Shown: positions 11,712 to 23,416 of the stretch, one piece after another | Numbering within the stretch: position 1 is the first letter of the stretch | Layout: each line of letters starts with the position of its first letter | From: Octopus vulgaris | Lineage: Eukaryota | DNA length: 64,000 nucleotides | Assembly: GCA_951406725.2 (NCBI GenBank) | Contig: OX597816.1 | Location: forward strand, 77,252,001-77,316,000 | Direction: 5' to 3' | Notes under the pieces: model-generated | What the model saw: the letters and a program-made list of their open reading frames with translations, nothing else | Told to the model about the DNA's origin: nothing | Database searches by the model: none | Program-made: the position numbers and the translations under genes

Positions 11712-12037
11712 TGTGAAGGCGCGTGGCTTAGTGGTTAGGGCATGCGGCTCACGATTGTAAGGTCGTGAGTTCGATTCCCGGCGACGCGTTGTGTCCTTGA
11801 GCAAGACACTTTATTTCACGTTGCTCCAGTCGACTCAGCTGGCAAAAGTGAGTTGTACCTGTATTTCAAAGGGCCGGCCTTGTCACACTTTGTGTCACGC
11901 TGAATCTCCCTGAGAACTACGTTAGGGGTACGCGTGTCTGAGGATTGCTCAGTCACTTGCACGTTAATTTCATGAGCAGGCTGTTCCGTTGATCGTATCA
12001 GCTGGGACCCCCGTCGTCGTAACCGACGGAGTGCTCC
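11712..12037 (+). mobile_element. tRNA-derived SINE, head type 2 with CORE-like domain and tail X
   Basis: A/B boxes TGGCTTAGTGG and GAGTTCGATTCC; CORE-like GTGTCCTTGAGCAAGACACT. The 3' half is shared with 2221-2390 and 63195-63337. Confidence 0.85.
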
Positions 12038-12241
12038 TCTATGACATAAGTTAGATGCAACACCTCCATCCGTCACCTCATTTTAACCCCTCTCCTCCCC
12101 ATCTGACTCATGGGTATCTTTATTTGAAATAATCTGTTTTTAATCTCCGGCCTGAGAATACCTTTCCTTCTTCTTCCTCCCTCCAGTATCATTTATTATC
12201 TGACAATGAAATAAATAATGTTTTTTGTTGTTTTAACTCAC

Positions 12242-12432
12242 AAAAACGTGTCGGCTGAACAGGCAGTTTTGAAACAGCTCTTGAAACTGGTGCAACAATC
12301 ATCCTTAGAGTTTGTTTTGCGACATTCATGGAACTGAGTTTCACATGGAGTGTAACATTGTGCGGCGGGGTTGGTAACTGCAGATGCTGCAACCACTAGT
12401 CCCAAAAGGAAAACAACGAACAGAGTTTTGAC
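12242..12432 (-). CDS. Exon 2 of secreted Cys-rich peptide precursor (signal peptide plus 7 Cys): VKTLFVVFLLGLVVAASAVTNPAAQCYTPCETQFHECRKTNSKDDCCTSFKSCFKTACSADTF+tt
   Basis: Acceptor TTTTTCTTTCAG|GTC, 191-nt open frame, donor TT|GTGAGT (phase 2). Hydrophobic signal peptide ends in A-S-A, and the cysteines are regularly spaced. Confidence 0.9.
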
Positions 12433-12823
12433 CTGAAAGAAAAATTAAATTAAATTTAGAAAAAAATATATAGCGGTGCTCCAGCTTGGCCGCGGTCAAA
12501 TGACTGAAACAAGTAAAAGAAGAAAAAAATGTAGGTTCCACTACGTGGTTAAGAAGCTCGCATTGCAACAACTCGTTTTCGGGTTCAATCCCATTATGCG
12601 ACACCTTGAGCAAGTGTCTTCTACTACAGCACCAGGTTGACTGACTGATTGATTGATTGATTGATTGATACAAATCTAGAGGCCTATAATCAATTCGATG
12701 ATTATTGCAAGTCTTCAGCTGTTACAAGTTTGGTGCGTGCGGAATTCTTCAATAAATACATTCTTCTCTTTTGTCGGCACACGTAGTTTATCAATATATA
12801 CAAAGGGACACACACACACACAC

Positions 12824-12854
<31 letters not shown>

Positions 12855-12937
12855 TGTATGTATGTATGTATGTATGTATGTATGTGTGTGTGTATGTATG
12901 TATGTATGTATGCATGTATGTACGTACGGATTATGTC

Positions 12938-13487
12938 AGGTCACTTTCGAGTGCTACTGGTAACATGTAACCCAGTACAACCTGTTGCATGGTCGGGTCG
13001 TCGGCGACTAAACCGGCAACCTCACCAAGCTTGCTTGGTGAGGAGGATGTTTATTGGACACCCTGCGGGATGAAAAACAATATCCGTCAAAGGGCGGAGG
13101 AATTCTTGAGAGTCAACGGCCATCCAATAAATGTCTTAAGGATGTATCATGCGCAGGGACATAGAAATAATCGGACTGAATACCGGATCGCGCGGTTAAA
13201 CCATTGGAAGTGAAGGACTCCTAGCCTTTGTTAAGGCAGCCTTCTAGGAGAAGGTAACTCAGGTAACTGGGATAACTCCGACATAAAACCTGCGGCTCAG
13301 TGGTTACCGATGATGTTGACTAGTTCTTCTTTTTGGATTATGGCTGCTGTTGCTTAGTGAGTGGGATTGACTCAGTGCACAGCCTTTCCTCATTTTAAAA
13401 AGAATCTTCTTGCACAGGCATTGCACGATATCAACATTAATTAAGCTTCGTGCAATGGCCATACTCGATAACGAGGGGGCAGCCACC
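12938..13487 (+). mobile_element. Non-coding element with RTE-like 5'UTR motif and RTE-like 3' tail (putative non-autonomous RTE derivative)
   Basis: GGCAGCCTTCTAGGAGAAGGTAACTC motif and terminal CCATACTCGATAACGAGGGGGCAGCC hairpin. Flanked by (TATG)n. Confidence 0.45.
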
Positions 13488-13919
13488 ATGTATATACGTA
13501 TGTGTATATCTGCATGTATATGTGTGTACTTTTGCGCTTGTCTATGGCCCACACCGCTTGAAAACCGGTGCTGGCTTGTTTACGTCTTCATAACTTCGCA
13601 TTTCGGTCAGAAAGAGCCTTTTAAAAAAATAAGTACTGAGATCAATTTGTTCCACTAAATCGTTCAAGCCGATGCTCCAGTATGACCGCCGTTCAATGAC
13701 TGAAGTAAATAAAAAGATAGAAGGTAAAATTACCTGTATAATTTTACTTGACTCAAAATTATTTTTCAGAGCATTTTACAACGTGATGGATGGAGCACGT
13801 GTAGTTATTGCATTTTTACTAAGAGTTTAGGTTGTTTGCCAGCAATCTGATATGACATTGAAGTAAGCTGGTAACTGAGTCATGCGCGTGCGCCAGTCTA
13901 ATCAGAATTTGTTTTAAAA

Positions 13920-14238
13920 GGCTGTGTGATTAGAAACTTGCTTCCCAACCACATAGTTCCAGGTTCAGTTCCACTGTGTTACCCCTTTGGAAAGTGTCTT
14001 CTATAGCTTCGGGCCGACCAAAGCTTTTTGAGTGGATTTGAGAGACAGAAACTGAAGGCGGCGAGCTGGTAGAAACGTTAGCACGCCGGGCGAAATGCCT
14101 AGCGGTATTTTGTCTGCCGTTACGTTCTGAATTCAAATTCTGTTGAGGTCAACTTTGCCTTTCATCCTTTCGAGATCGATGAATTAAATACCACGATCGT
14201 AAGCTTGACGATCTAACCACTGAGCCATGCGCCTTCAC
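13920..14238 (+). mobile_element. Chimeric SINE cluster: family B head, family A, and an antisense head-type-2 fragment
   Basis: Segment-wise similarity to other copies in the window. Confidence 0.7.
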
Positions 14239-15015
14239 AAAAGTATCTTATAAATGGCAATAGTATCTTATAAAAGAAGCTATCACGAGATTAGTGTCGT
14301 AATGCCAGTATTGCAATGTGACCAGGAAGAACACTTGGCTCTTAATAGTACGCTCCACTTGCTCAAAATTGCCGCCTTAAGATGATACCATTGATGAGAG
14401 AAATGAAAAATTGTATTTTATGTGTATTTACTTGGGCTAAACGCCACCAGTTTGACTTACTCTACATGAAAGTTTCAATGGTGCCCCTACAATCTAATAG
14501 TATCATAACTTACCGTATAATGGCGATAGACACAAAAGATGAAAATCGTGTTCGTGCATACTATTCACAAAATAGTAGTTGCACTTCAAGTAAAACGAAA
14601 AGTTCAAAACAAGTTAGATATTCTCTTCATTAGCGGTATCAAGTAACCGACTATCGTTTTTGTATCGCATACAATAGATTTCCTATTACTTCTTTATGCT
14701 AAAATCTTTAAGACTGTGAATCTTGTCTCTAAATACTATGCTTTAATATCGAATACACAGCTGCACAACATAATTTAAATGGTTTCCATTGTCCCAGATA
14801 AAATGACAGTTGCTTATTCAGTGAGTCAAGTTAATAACACACACACAAATAATAAAAAATATATATATCCGCATTATATAGACATTACTGACATCTATTA
14901 CACATTAGTAATATTTTACTTAGAATAACTTAGGCATCTTTACAAAGTTTCTGTGACTATTAAAGGAGTTTTGCTCTTATACCACGACACTTGATGTAAT
15001 TCGTAAACGACGAGC

Positions 15016-15247
15016 CGGCGAGCTGGCAGAATCGTTAGCACGCCGAGCGAAATCCTTAGCAGTATTTCGTCTGCCGCTACGTTCTGAGTTCAAATTCCGT
15101 CGAGGTCGACTTTGCCTTTCGTCCTTTCGGGGTCGATAAATTAAATACCAGTTACGCACTGGGGTCGATATAATCGACTTAATCCGTTTGTCTATCCTTG
15201 TTTGTCCCCTCTGTGTTTAGCTCCATGTGGGTAGTAAAGAAATAGGT
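15016..15247 (+). mobile_element. Full-length family-A SINE
   Basis: Head GGCGAGCTGGCAGAATCGTTAG, central domain, tail TGTGGGTAGTAAAGAAATAGG. Confidence 0.9.
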
Positions 15248-16264
15248 ATAATTCGTAAATGACAATGAAAATGGAATAGATGAGGTGTTTTCCTTTCATT
15301 TTTATCTTCCCCATTATGAAGCAGATCACTTCTCATACCACTAATACAACCGATGTTCTTTCTACAAGAGGCATTCAAGATTTGATTATGTATTTGTTTT
15401 TCTGTGTTTTACCCATTTATGCTGCGGAATGAGACGCAGATAAAATTAATTCTTGGAAATGCCCGATTTCTAGATCTCCTAAAAAGCAAAGTCACTGGGG
15501 AGGCTTTCCCTGTACATACTGCATGCTTTTAGGAAGATTTGAGTACAGAAAGGCGTTTAGTTTTCCTGCTATGAACAGTACTCCACTAGGTATACTGAGC
15601 TAACAACTGTTAAAGAAGTGTCTTTACTTTGATCCTAAAGATACTTTAATCCCAGCGTAACATCGCTGATTATATAATTATTTCAGTGGCTTGTAATGCT
15701 ATGTTCAGTTTCTTTCGAAGAAAAATTACATGCTATGAACCAGCATCCAGCAATAAACCTCTATTTAAGGAGTCGCTTATTTCGCATCTAAGGTCACTGG
15801 AGATAAACATGCTGATTCAGAAATAATTAAATCGCCAGCAAGAACACGTAGAAATTGCTTATTTAAATTGGGGTGGTGGGGGCTTGTCTTTTTTTTTTTT
15901 TTGTTATGTTTTGTTTTGTCTTTGCTGGGGGTGGTTTATTTTTTCAAAAAATTATTAGGAAAATAAGCGTGGTTCCACATTAGGGTTTGTTTTGTTTTGT
16001 CTTGTTTTTCCGGATGCAAACAGTATTTTTGCTTCTGAAAGAAATGAAAGTCGGCGGAAATGGAAAGAAATAAAATTTTTGGTGAATATATCATCTGTGA
16101 AAGTGCAGTGGATGGGAAGATTTAACAGAGCGTTGGACAAAATACCTTGTGATATTTCTTCCGTTTCTTTATGTTCTGAGTTCAAATCTTGCTAAGAATA
16201 GCTTTGTCATTCATCCCTCTAGGTCGATAACTAACAATCAAAAATGGTTTTTAAAGGATCGGTG

Positions 16265-16480
16265 TCAGGCAGAATAGATAGAGCGTTGGACAAAATGTCT
16301 TGAGGCATTTCCACCAGCTGTTTACGTTCTGAGTTCAAATCCCGCCGAGATCAACTTTGCCTTTCATCCTTTCGGGGTCGATAAATTAAGTACCAGTTGT
16401 GTACTGGGGTCGATGCAATCGACTGCCCCTCCCCACCTCACAAAATTTCAGGCCTTGTGCCTACAGCTGAAAGTATTGTA
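16265..16480 (+). mobile_element. Family-A SINE (diverged)
   Basis: Central CCTTTCATCCTTTCGGGGTCGATAAATTAAGTACCAG domain. Confidence 0.75.
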
Positions 16481-16487
16481 ACTGAAC

Positions 16488-16579
<92 letters not shown>

Positions 16580-17499
16580 ATTTCCGGCTCACTAGATTAA
16601 GTATAATAGCTTCACATAACTATATGTTCTTGTGGAAAGCACCCGAGGGTATTTTCCCACACTCAAACTCACTCACACTCATACATATATGTATGTGTGT
16701 GTGTATTTATGTACGTATGTCTTTACTTTTTTCACTTGTTTCAGTCATTGGACTGCAGCCATACTGGGGCACCTCCTTGAAGGATTTAGCCACACAAATC
16801 GACACCAGTACTTTTAAGTCTATCGGTTTCTTTTGGCGAACCGCTAAGTTATGAAAGTGTAAACAAGCGATGGTGGCGGGGGCAAGCACAAACGCAAAGA
16901 TGCGTAGGACTTCTACACATTCTCTCATAAAGCATTAATTGGTCCGGGACTTGAATTCTAGTCGAACGTCTGGACCATTCTCTTACGTAATTGTAGTTTT
17001 TCACCATGGTATATTATCAGCAGTGTGAAGGTGGTGGGTAGCAGAATCGGTAAACTGGTCGACTAAATATGTTGCAGAAATCTAATATCATGCCCACCCA
17101 CTCTTTTTTTTTTCTGAGTTCAAATCATGTCGGTGTCGACAATGCTATTCATTCTTCCATCATTGGTAAAATATTTAGAAGTCACTTTGATTGATTGTTT
17201 CTTCTCCCTACATACAAAAATATTCCTTTGAGTTTGAGTTTCTTAGAAATCGTTGTCGGCTTTGTAGCTGTCATATCACCAAAGACGTACTGTGTATTTG
17301 GATTTGACTGTCCTGACATGATTCTTATTTACTATTTCTCTAACTTTCTTTTCTAAACTAGCAGCACGTGAAAAAGTCACCAAGGTTGTATGATATCTAT
17401 CAATCGTCTCAACGTCTCAACCAAGTCAATGAAAGTAAGAAAGGAAAGAAGAAAAACTCATTGATTAACAAATCTTGGAAAACATGAATATCTACTCAC

Positions 17500-17502
17500 C
17501 AT
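17500..17502 (-). CDS. Coding part of exon 1 (ATG only) of a secreted 8-Cys peptide precursor gene
   Basis: Minus strand reads ...ACATATACAACAATG|GTGAGT: A-rich Kozak context, ATG, then a consensus phase-0 donor. It lies ~75 nt downstream of a TATA/Inr and joins in frame to the exon at 12432. Confidence 0.8.
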
Positions 17503-17570
17503 TGTTGTATATGTCTGTTGAACTGACTTGACTGCTGAAGGAGAGAAATGTCCTGACCAAACGTCAATAG

Positions 17571-17610
17571 ATTCTGATGCAAGCCTGATAGACCTTCACG
17601 TATTTATATA
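17571..17610 (-). promoter_or_regulatory. Core promoter: TATA box (TATAAATA, 17608-17601) and Inr-like TCAGAAT (TSS ~17575)
   Basis: TATA lies ~30 nt upstream of the Inr-like motif and ~75-100 nt upstream of ATG|GTGAGT. Confidence 0.7.
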
Positions 17611-18790
17611 TTCACTTAAGTCTACAGATATTTAGATATGATCAGGTGTCATGTATCCCACGCAAGCATTCGTTGTTTGTATAAGCACGCGTCAAAGAGG
17701 GTGTAGTGGGGTGGGAAACTGAGGAGTAAAGGGCTCTTCCAGTTGTATCATTTGTCAATACCAGCCAACCCCATTCTCACCAAAAATCCCAATAAGTTCA
17801 AACCCCTGAGAAAGCTAGGGATTTATGTTAGGATGGGCGACAGCATTCTTCATTAAGACTTTCCCTTAGCTGTAAGTGTTGTTGTTGCTACAGTTGCATT
17901 CATTGAAATTATTGATGGGGGTATCGTCATTATCCTTATTTTTGCTGTAGATGCTGCTAATGTGTACATGACAAATATTCGGAAGAGTCCCCAGGTCTGG
18001 ATGCCAGCACGCAGTAGTGTTTGTTTAAGCAGCCTGTCTCGTTTTGCAACGTTTTACTTCTGGACAATGATAAACGGAAAAACATGCGCAGCACGTGTGA
18101 ATGAATATAAAGTATGAGAGTCAGACGTGTGCACTTTTATGTAATAACAGGATGGACAAATGAACGATCTATAGAGGGACTACTGTTTAAGTCGCGCAAA
18201 ACAAATAGAGATTTAAAAGAAGAATTTACAAAGAGTTAAATATAAAAACAAAAAAAATGGTTATCATTACGTATAGAGCAATTACTGACAAGTTATGTAT
18301 GATATAATTCCAACAGCATGCATCACAGATAAGTGTATTGGTTCTATTTAAATACCACCTTGTGTATCGGTTTCTTCCCTTTTGTTTGACAAAGCAAAGG
18401 GTATTATATCTTAGCTTAAATAAAACGGTGAGTGCTGTGACGTTCATCGTTTTCTTGAGGTTATTAGCGGAGTAAGTGAAGTTAAAGTGGCTGAACTGAG
18501 AAATGAGATCGCGCCGAGGACTGAACAGCAGCTTACCTGATTAGGTCCGTCAGGCCCGTTGCCAGACTTTGGTACCTGCGGGGGCTTCAGAATATTCTGG
18601 GTGAACACTAGTTAGTAATAATGCTAAAGCAGAGTTTCGAAATAAGTGTATCACTGTAAATCTGAGAGTGCACCCTTGAATAGTGAAGGAGCAGTGCCGT
18701 CCAGGGCAACCCCTTAGCGACGAACATGGAGTTCGTACAGTACCTTACTTGTTAGGGTTAAATTCAAAACCCGGGGGGAACTAGTGCTGG

Positions 18791-18831
<41 letters not shown>

Positions 18832-19213
18832 TTCATCATCATCATCATCTTTAGCCATCACCACCACCTTCACCACTACCATCATCAGCAACAACTTTTG
18901 GGCATCTTTTTAGAACTTTGTACGCAAAGTTGTCCCGACTTAATAAAGACGTAAACTCTGGGTCTTTTTTTTAATTTTAATTCAATGCCTTTTTTTTCTC
19001 AGTTTATAGTTTTTTCTTTTTTTCTTGTTCTGTACAGAAGAGGCTACTCCGCTATAACAGCAGTCTGAGCGGGATTTTGAACTCAGAACGCACAAAGTCA
19101 GAACATATACTGCCGCAAGACATCTCATTCGGTGTTCTGACAATTGCACCCAATTCTCAGCCCTGGATAAAAGACAACTGTCCACAACCAAAGCGATAGA
19201 CCACACACACACA

Positions 19214-19294
<81 letters not shown>

Positions 19295-19734
19295 ACACTC
19301 ACGCATACACACTCTCTCTTTCTCCCCCCCTCTCTCTCTCTCTTCCTCATTCACTTCTAAGATGTAGACACTGAAATGTTAGATTTTTCGTTCCTCACAG
19401 CAACTGAACTTATAGAACAACCCCTACCTGTCTGTTCCCTACAAGGCATACCTTAATGTCTAGGATAATTTCAACCAATTCGGCACTGAGAATTTATATT
19501 TTAAGAGAAAAGAAATAAGAAGTTATGACGTCATTGCCATTCCCAATTGTAGTGAAACTGGTAAGACATAGGTGAGTGGTTAAGAAGTTCCCTTCACAAC
19601 TATGTGGTTTCAGCTTTGATCCCACCATGCAGTACCTTGATCAAATGTCTTCTGGTCTTCTGTCATAGTCTCGGTGTGAACAATACTGTGAGAAAGGAAT
19701 TGTGAGGCACACGCACACACACACACACATGTAT

Positions 19735-20114
19735 ATGGTATTTTTTTATAAGCTTGAAGTGATTACAGTGCAAATGACTAAGGAAAATAGTCTAATAATG
19801 GGGCATATAAGCCCTCAACAGAAAAAAAGTAGGCTTTCCCGTACGCGTGGGACACGAATCCACATCCCTTTGTTAACGCAACTAAATGTGTTACCGATTA
19901 CACCAGACAACCAGCCTGCTCCCTTCTGTCAAATTTAAGAACTATATTATTTCGTAGTTGTTTTTGTAAACTAACTTTATGTGCTTTCGGTGCGAATGGT
20001 TTTGTTAAGCGGTGTCGAGTTTTACAAGTACGGGAAAGCCTACTTTTTTAGACTATTTTCTTTAGTCATTTGCACGGCGATCGCTATAAGCTTTGAGCTT
20101 ATAAAAAATACCAT
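19735..20114. repeat. Inverted repeat (19735-19844 / 20028-20114) enclosing a tRNA-like segment
   Basis: AGTAGGCTTTCCCGTAC / GTACGGGAAAGCCTACT and TGCAAATGACTAAGGAAAATAGTCTAA / TTAGACTATTTTCTTTAGTCATTTGCA. Confidence 0.75.
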
Positions 20115-20444
20115 TATTATTATTTACAGAATTGTAAAACTCAACACGGCTTAACAAAACCAGTGGAGAAAGGAACCAAAGTGACTCTTGTAGGTTTCTT
20201 TTTTTTTTTATTAGCATGGAGAAGTTGTTTCCACGTGTAGACAGTGAGATATTTTCATCCAATGGCTGGGAGTCCAGAATGACTGACGGCAGTAAATTGT
20301 TGCAGCTATCATTACATTCTCTCTGTTCCGCTGAATTTTGAATTTCACCGAAACCCTGGCATGAAAGGTAAGAGAGATAGTAAGCACAGCTCACCGATCA
20401 AAATTGTGGCACATCATTGAAATATGTAAAAAGATAAAAGTTAG

Positions 20445-20711
20445 TTATGCGTGCATATTAAGACGTGTTCTGTATTTTTCAATGAAAAAAGTTTCTTTAT
20501 TTAAACGTTCTTGTGGAGAGATTGTGTCTTTGCACTGGTAGAAAGGAAAGACTGTGAAATTTGGTTTGATACTATCTGCACATTTTTCTGTATGTTCCCT
20601 GAGAAGAATTTGCCTGTGTTGCGGGAAACGGATTTGCTCTTTATGTAGAGTGGTTCTCTTTCTCAAGGTCACCCTCGTCTGTCCAATATAGTTGTGTCCG
20701 CAACTCGAGCA
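20445..20711 (-). mobile_element. Penelope-like element GIY-YIG endonuclease fragment
   Basis: CSSCGHNYIGQTRVTLRKRTTLH...RLNKETFFIEKYRTRLN matches the PLE GIY-YIG C-terminus. Confidence 0.85.
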
Positions 20712-21150
20712 GAAAAAGAAACAGAAAAAGAAACAGACTACATCATGAACTTCAAATGTAAACCCAGTCTTTTTTACGGCCTTCCTAAAATACATAAGAG
20801 CAAGATAATCAATGAAGCCTGCAAACAATCACCAGGCAAATACATAAATATCCAAACGCCAGAAGACTTAACTTTAAGACCCATTGTAGCTGGGCCAGCC
20901 TGTGAAACCCACCGCCTAAGCAATTTTCGAGACATCCTACTGAAACCCTTGCTGAATACATCAAAAGTTTCATTAGAGATGATTTAGACATGCTAGGACA
21001 CCTACCAAAAACAATTAATGAAGAGGCAATATTGGTTACCATCGATGCTATCAATCTTTACACCAACATCCCCCATGACTACGGAATAAAAGGAATTAAA
21101 TTCTAGTTGGAAAAGTACCCGAAGTACTCAAGGAACGCATAAATCAGATC
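20712..21150 (+). mobile_element. Penelope-like element RT N-terminal fragment (frameshifted)
   Basis: FYGLPKIHK...LRPIVAG...LSNFRDILLKPL, then SFIRDDLDML...LVTIDAINLYTNIPHDYG. These are hallmark PLE RT motifs. Confidence 0.9.
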
Positions 21151-21159
21151 TTTATACTA

Positions 21160-21540
21160 TATATATGTAACATACGGTATAATTATAAACAGAGAAAGTT
21201 TTAGCCATTCGCAAACTGAAAAAACGATGAACAACCTTAATCGATTTTTAGAGCCTTATTGGGTTCTCATCAGAGGCGTCTACACCATTCTGACAGTCTC
21301 CAGTGAAACAAGCAGGCAAGCTGTTTATATGCTCAACAAATGCGGCAGTTACTCTATGAAGGGGTCCTAATTTGCATGCCGAAAGTGTTTAACACTCTAT
21401 AAATACCAGCGGTCTGTCAACGGAAATCTTAGTCCAGAAGTATCAAGGTATGATATAATAAATATGTAACACATGGTATAATTATAAACAGGGCAAATTT
21501 TAGCCATTTCTCCGCAGACTTAAAAAAACGATGAACAACC
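21160..21540 (-). mobile_element. ~300-bp tandem unit (1.25 copies) with a decayed hammerhead motif; pLTR-like
   Basis: 21162-21236 is repeated at 21462-21540. Minus strand reads CCT-CTGATGA-GAACCcaataaGGCTC-TAAAA-ATCGAT-TA-AGG at 21276-21235. Confidence 0.55.
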
Positions 21541-21559
21541 ATATACATACATACATACA

Positions 21560-21593
<34 letters not shown>

Positions 21594-21605
21594 CATACAT
21601 ACATG

Positions 21606-21691
<86 letters not shown>

Positions 21692-21693
<2 letters not shown>

Positions 21694-22995
21694 CTAGCAG
21701 AAATACCCGGCATTGCCCGTGTTACATACAATTGAAGAATTAAACATTTCTGTTATATTTTCTGTAATGAACTGGAATATCTATGTTTCGAATTTCATCA
21801 AAATTGCAGATGAGGGTTATTTCCCTCTTTACACACCCTAAAAAATTGTAATCGTGCCATATGTATCCCATACTACTGATTTTTATGTGCATATTCCAAA
21901 ATTCCAGTCTTATTGAACCTGTCAAAAAGATTTTGCTCCTGAAAAATAAAGGTCATGGAGCTCTAAAATGTGAGAGTTAAGGCCTCTGTTGGGGGTGGGC
22001 ATCTTAATGTCAACCAGAGAAGTTGAATTGTTGAGAATCTTTTTACCTTGGGTCTTATATCTATTATTTGAATTTCTTTGAAATAGGAAATATATGTTCA
22101 CTGGGTTTGTAAAAGAGAGCAAAGCTACAGGAAACCAAAAGACGAATGATCAGAATAAGCAGTCAGTTACCCTACCCTAGTCGTTACCACTCCCAATGTA
22201 GGATTCCTCACCATCCAGGTGACAGGCACAGCCGTAAGATGCATTATGAATCCATAGCAATTGGAAGGGCGTGACCCAACTGAAATCAATAACTGTGTGA
22301 CGTGAGGGCTAAGGAGAAATGAAAGTGTCACCTCTGGAGTTTTCAAATGGCTACTATACTGATACGAAACTGGACAGAATAAGTTTACAATCTATAAATG
22401 TCTTTGAATAACCAGTCACTCATCTGAGAAGGCCTTGAAATCAATGTTACCATCTGGGGACTATGTGTGACCGAATGGTAATAAAAAGACTGAAAGGGGG
22501 TTCGCAATCAAATATCTTTACTCAACACTTTGCAACTGAATCAGTGGAGGCAAAGATGCCTCTCATTTACTTGACAATTTATGCACCACATTGCAGAAAT
22601 CACTATGTAAGTGTATGTCAAAGCAAACTGTTACACTGTTGTACCACTGAATTAGATATAATGCCCAACTTTTATGCTCGGGTAACCCTACAGCTTCCAA
22701 GAGCACAACTGTATTCGTTTTTGCCTAGATAAAATGACAAAATTGTGAGTGTTAAGTCCCCATGGAGGGGGTCTTTCTAACTTGTAAGAATACGAAATTT
22801 TATAAATATTACTTCATTTGTGTCTAATATCTATGGTTAAAATTTCATCAACACCAAAAATATATGAATTGTCATGGGGGTTATGGCCCTTATGCATAGA
22901 ATATAATTTCCAAATTTCATAAAGATCCATTCAGTACTTTTGACCTAGTTTTGGATCATGAAAGAAATGACTAAAATTTGGGAGTTAAGGGTCCC
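21692..22995 (+). mobile_element. Possible non-autonomous Helitron-like element, 5' part; putative 3' part at ~27170-27326
   Basis: Starts TACTAGCAGAAATACCCGGCATTGCCCG. The segment ending CAGACAGACAGACATACATTCTCAGTTTATATA resembles the ends of such elements. Confidence 0.35.
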
Positions 22996-23005
22996 ATTAG
23001 CATGT

Positions 23006-23123
<118 letters not shown>

Positions 23124-23416
23124 TATATATATATATACACACACATACAAAGATAAATTGAAAGATACAACTGAGTGGGCAAACAAAAATATGAGACACA
23201 GCCTAGTGCTTTTTTTGTGTTGATAAGCCTGGTACTTATTCTATTAGTTTGTTCTTGTGAAACCAGTAAGTTATGTGGATGTAAATAAATGAACAGCAGT
23301 TGTGAAGCAGTGATGAGGGCGAAACACAGAGACAAAGACACACACATGTACTTACATATATACATACATATATATACGATTGATTTGTTTCAGTTCCTGT
23401 CTACGAAATCCATATA

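Noticed and set aside
11712-11785. tRNA genes at SINE heads (also ~2510-2583, 36503, 46292, 63004)
   Set aside because: Each continues into a repeated SINE body, and the cloverleaf acceptor stems are not intact.
12189-12673. Supplied ORFs 12189-12392 and 12341-12673
   Set aside because: They are alternative frames over the real exon 2, whose frame has no in-exon start codon.
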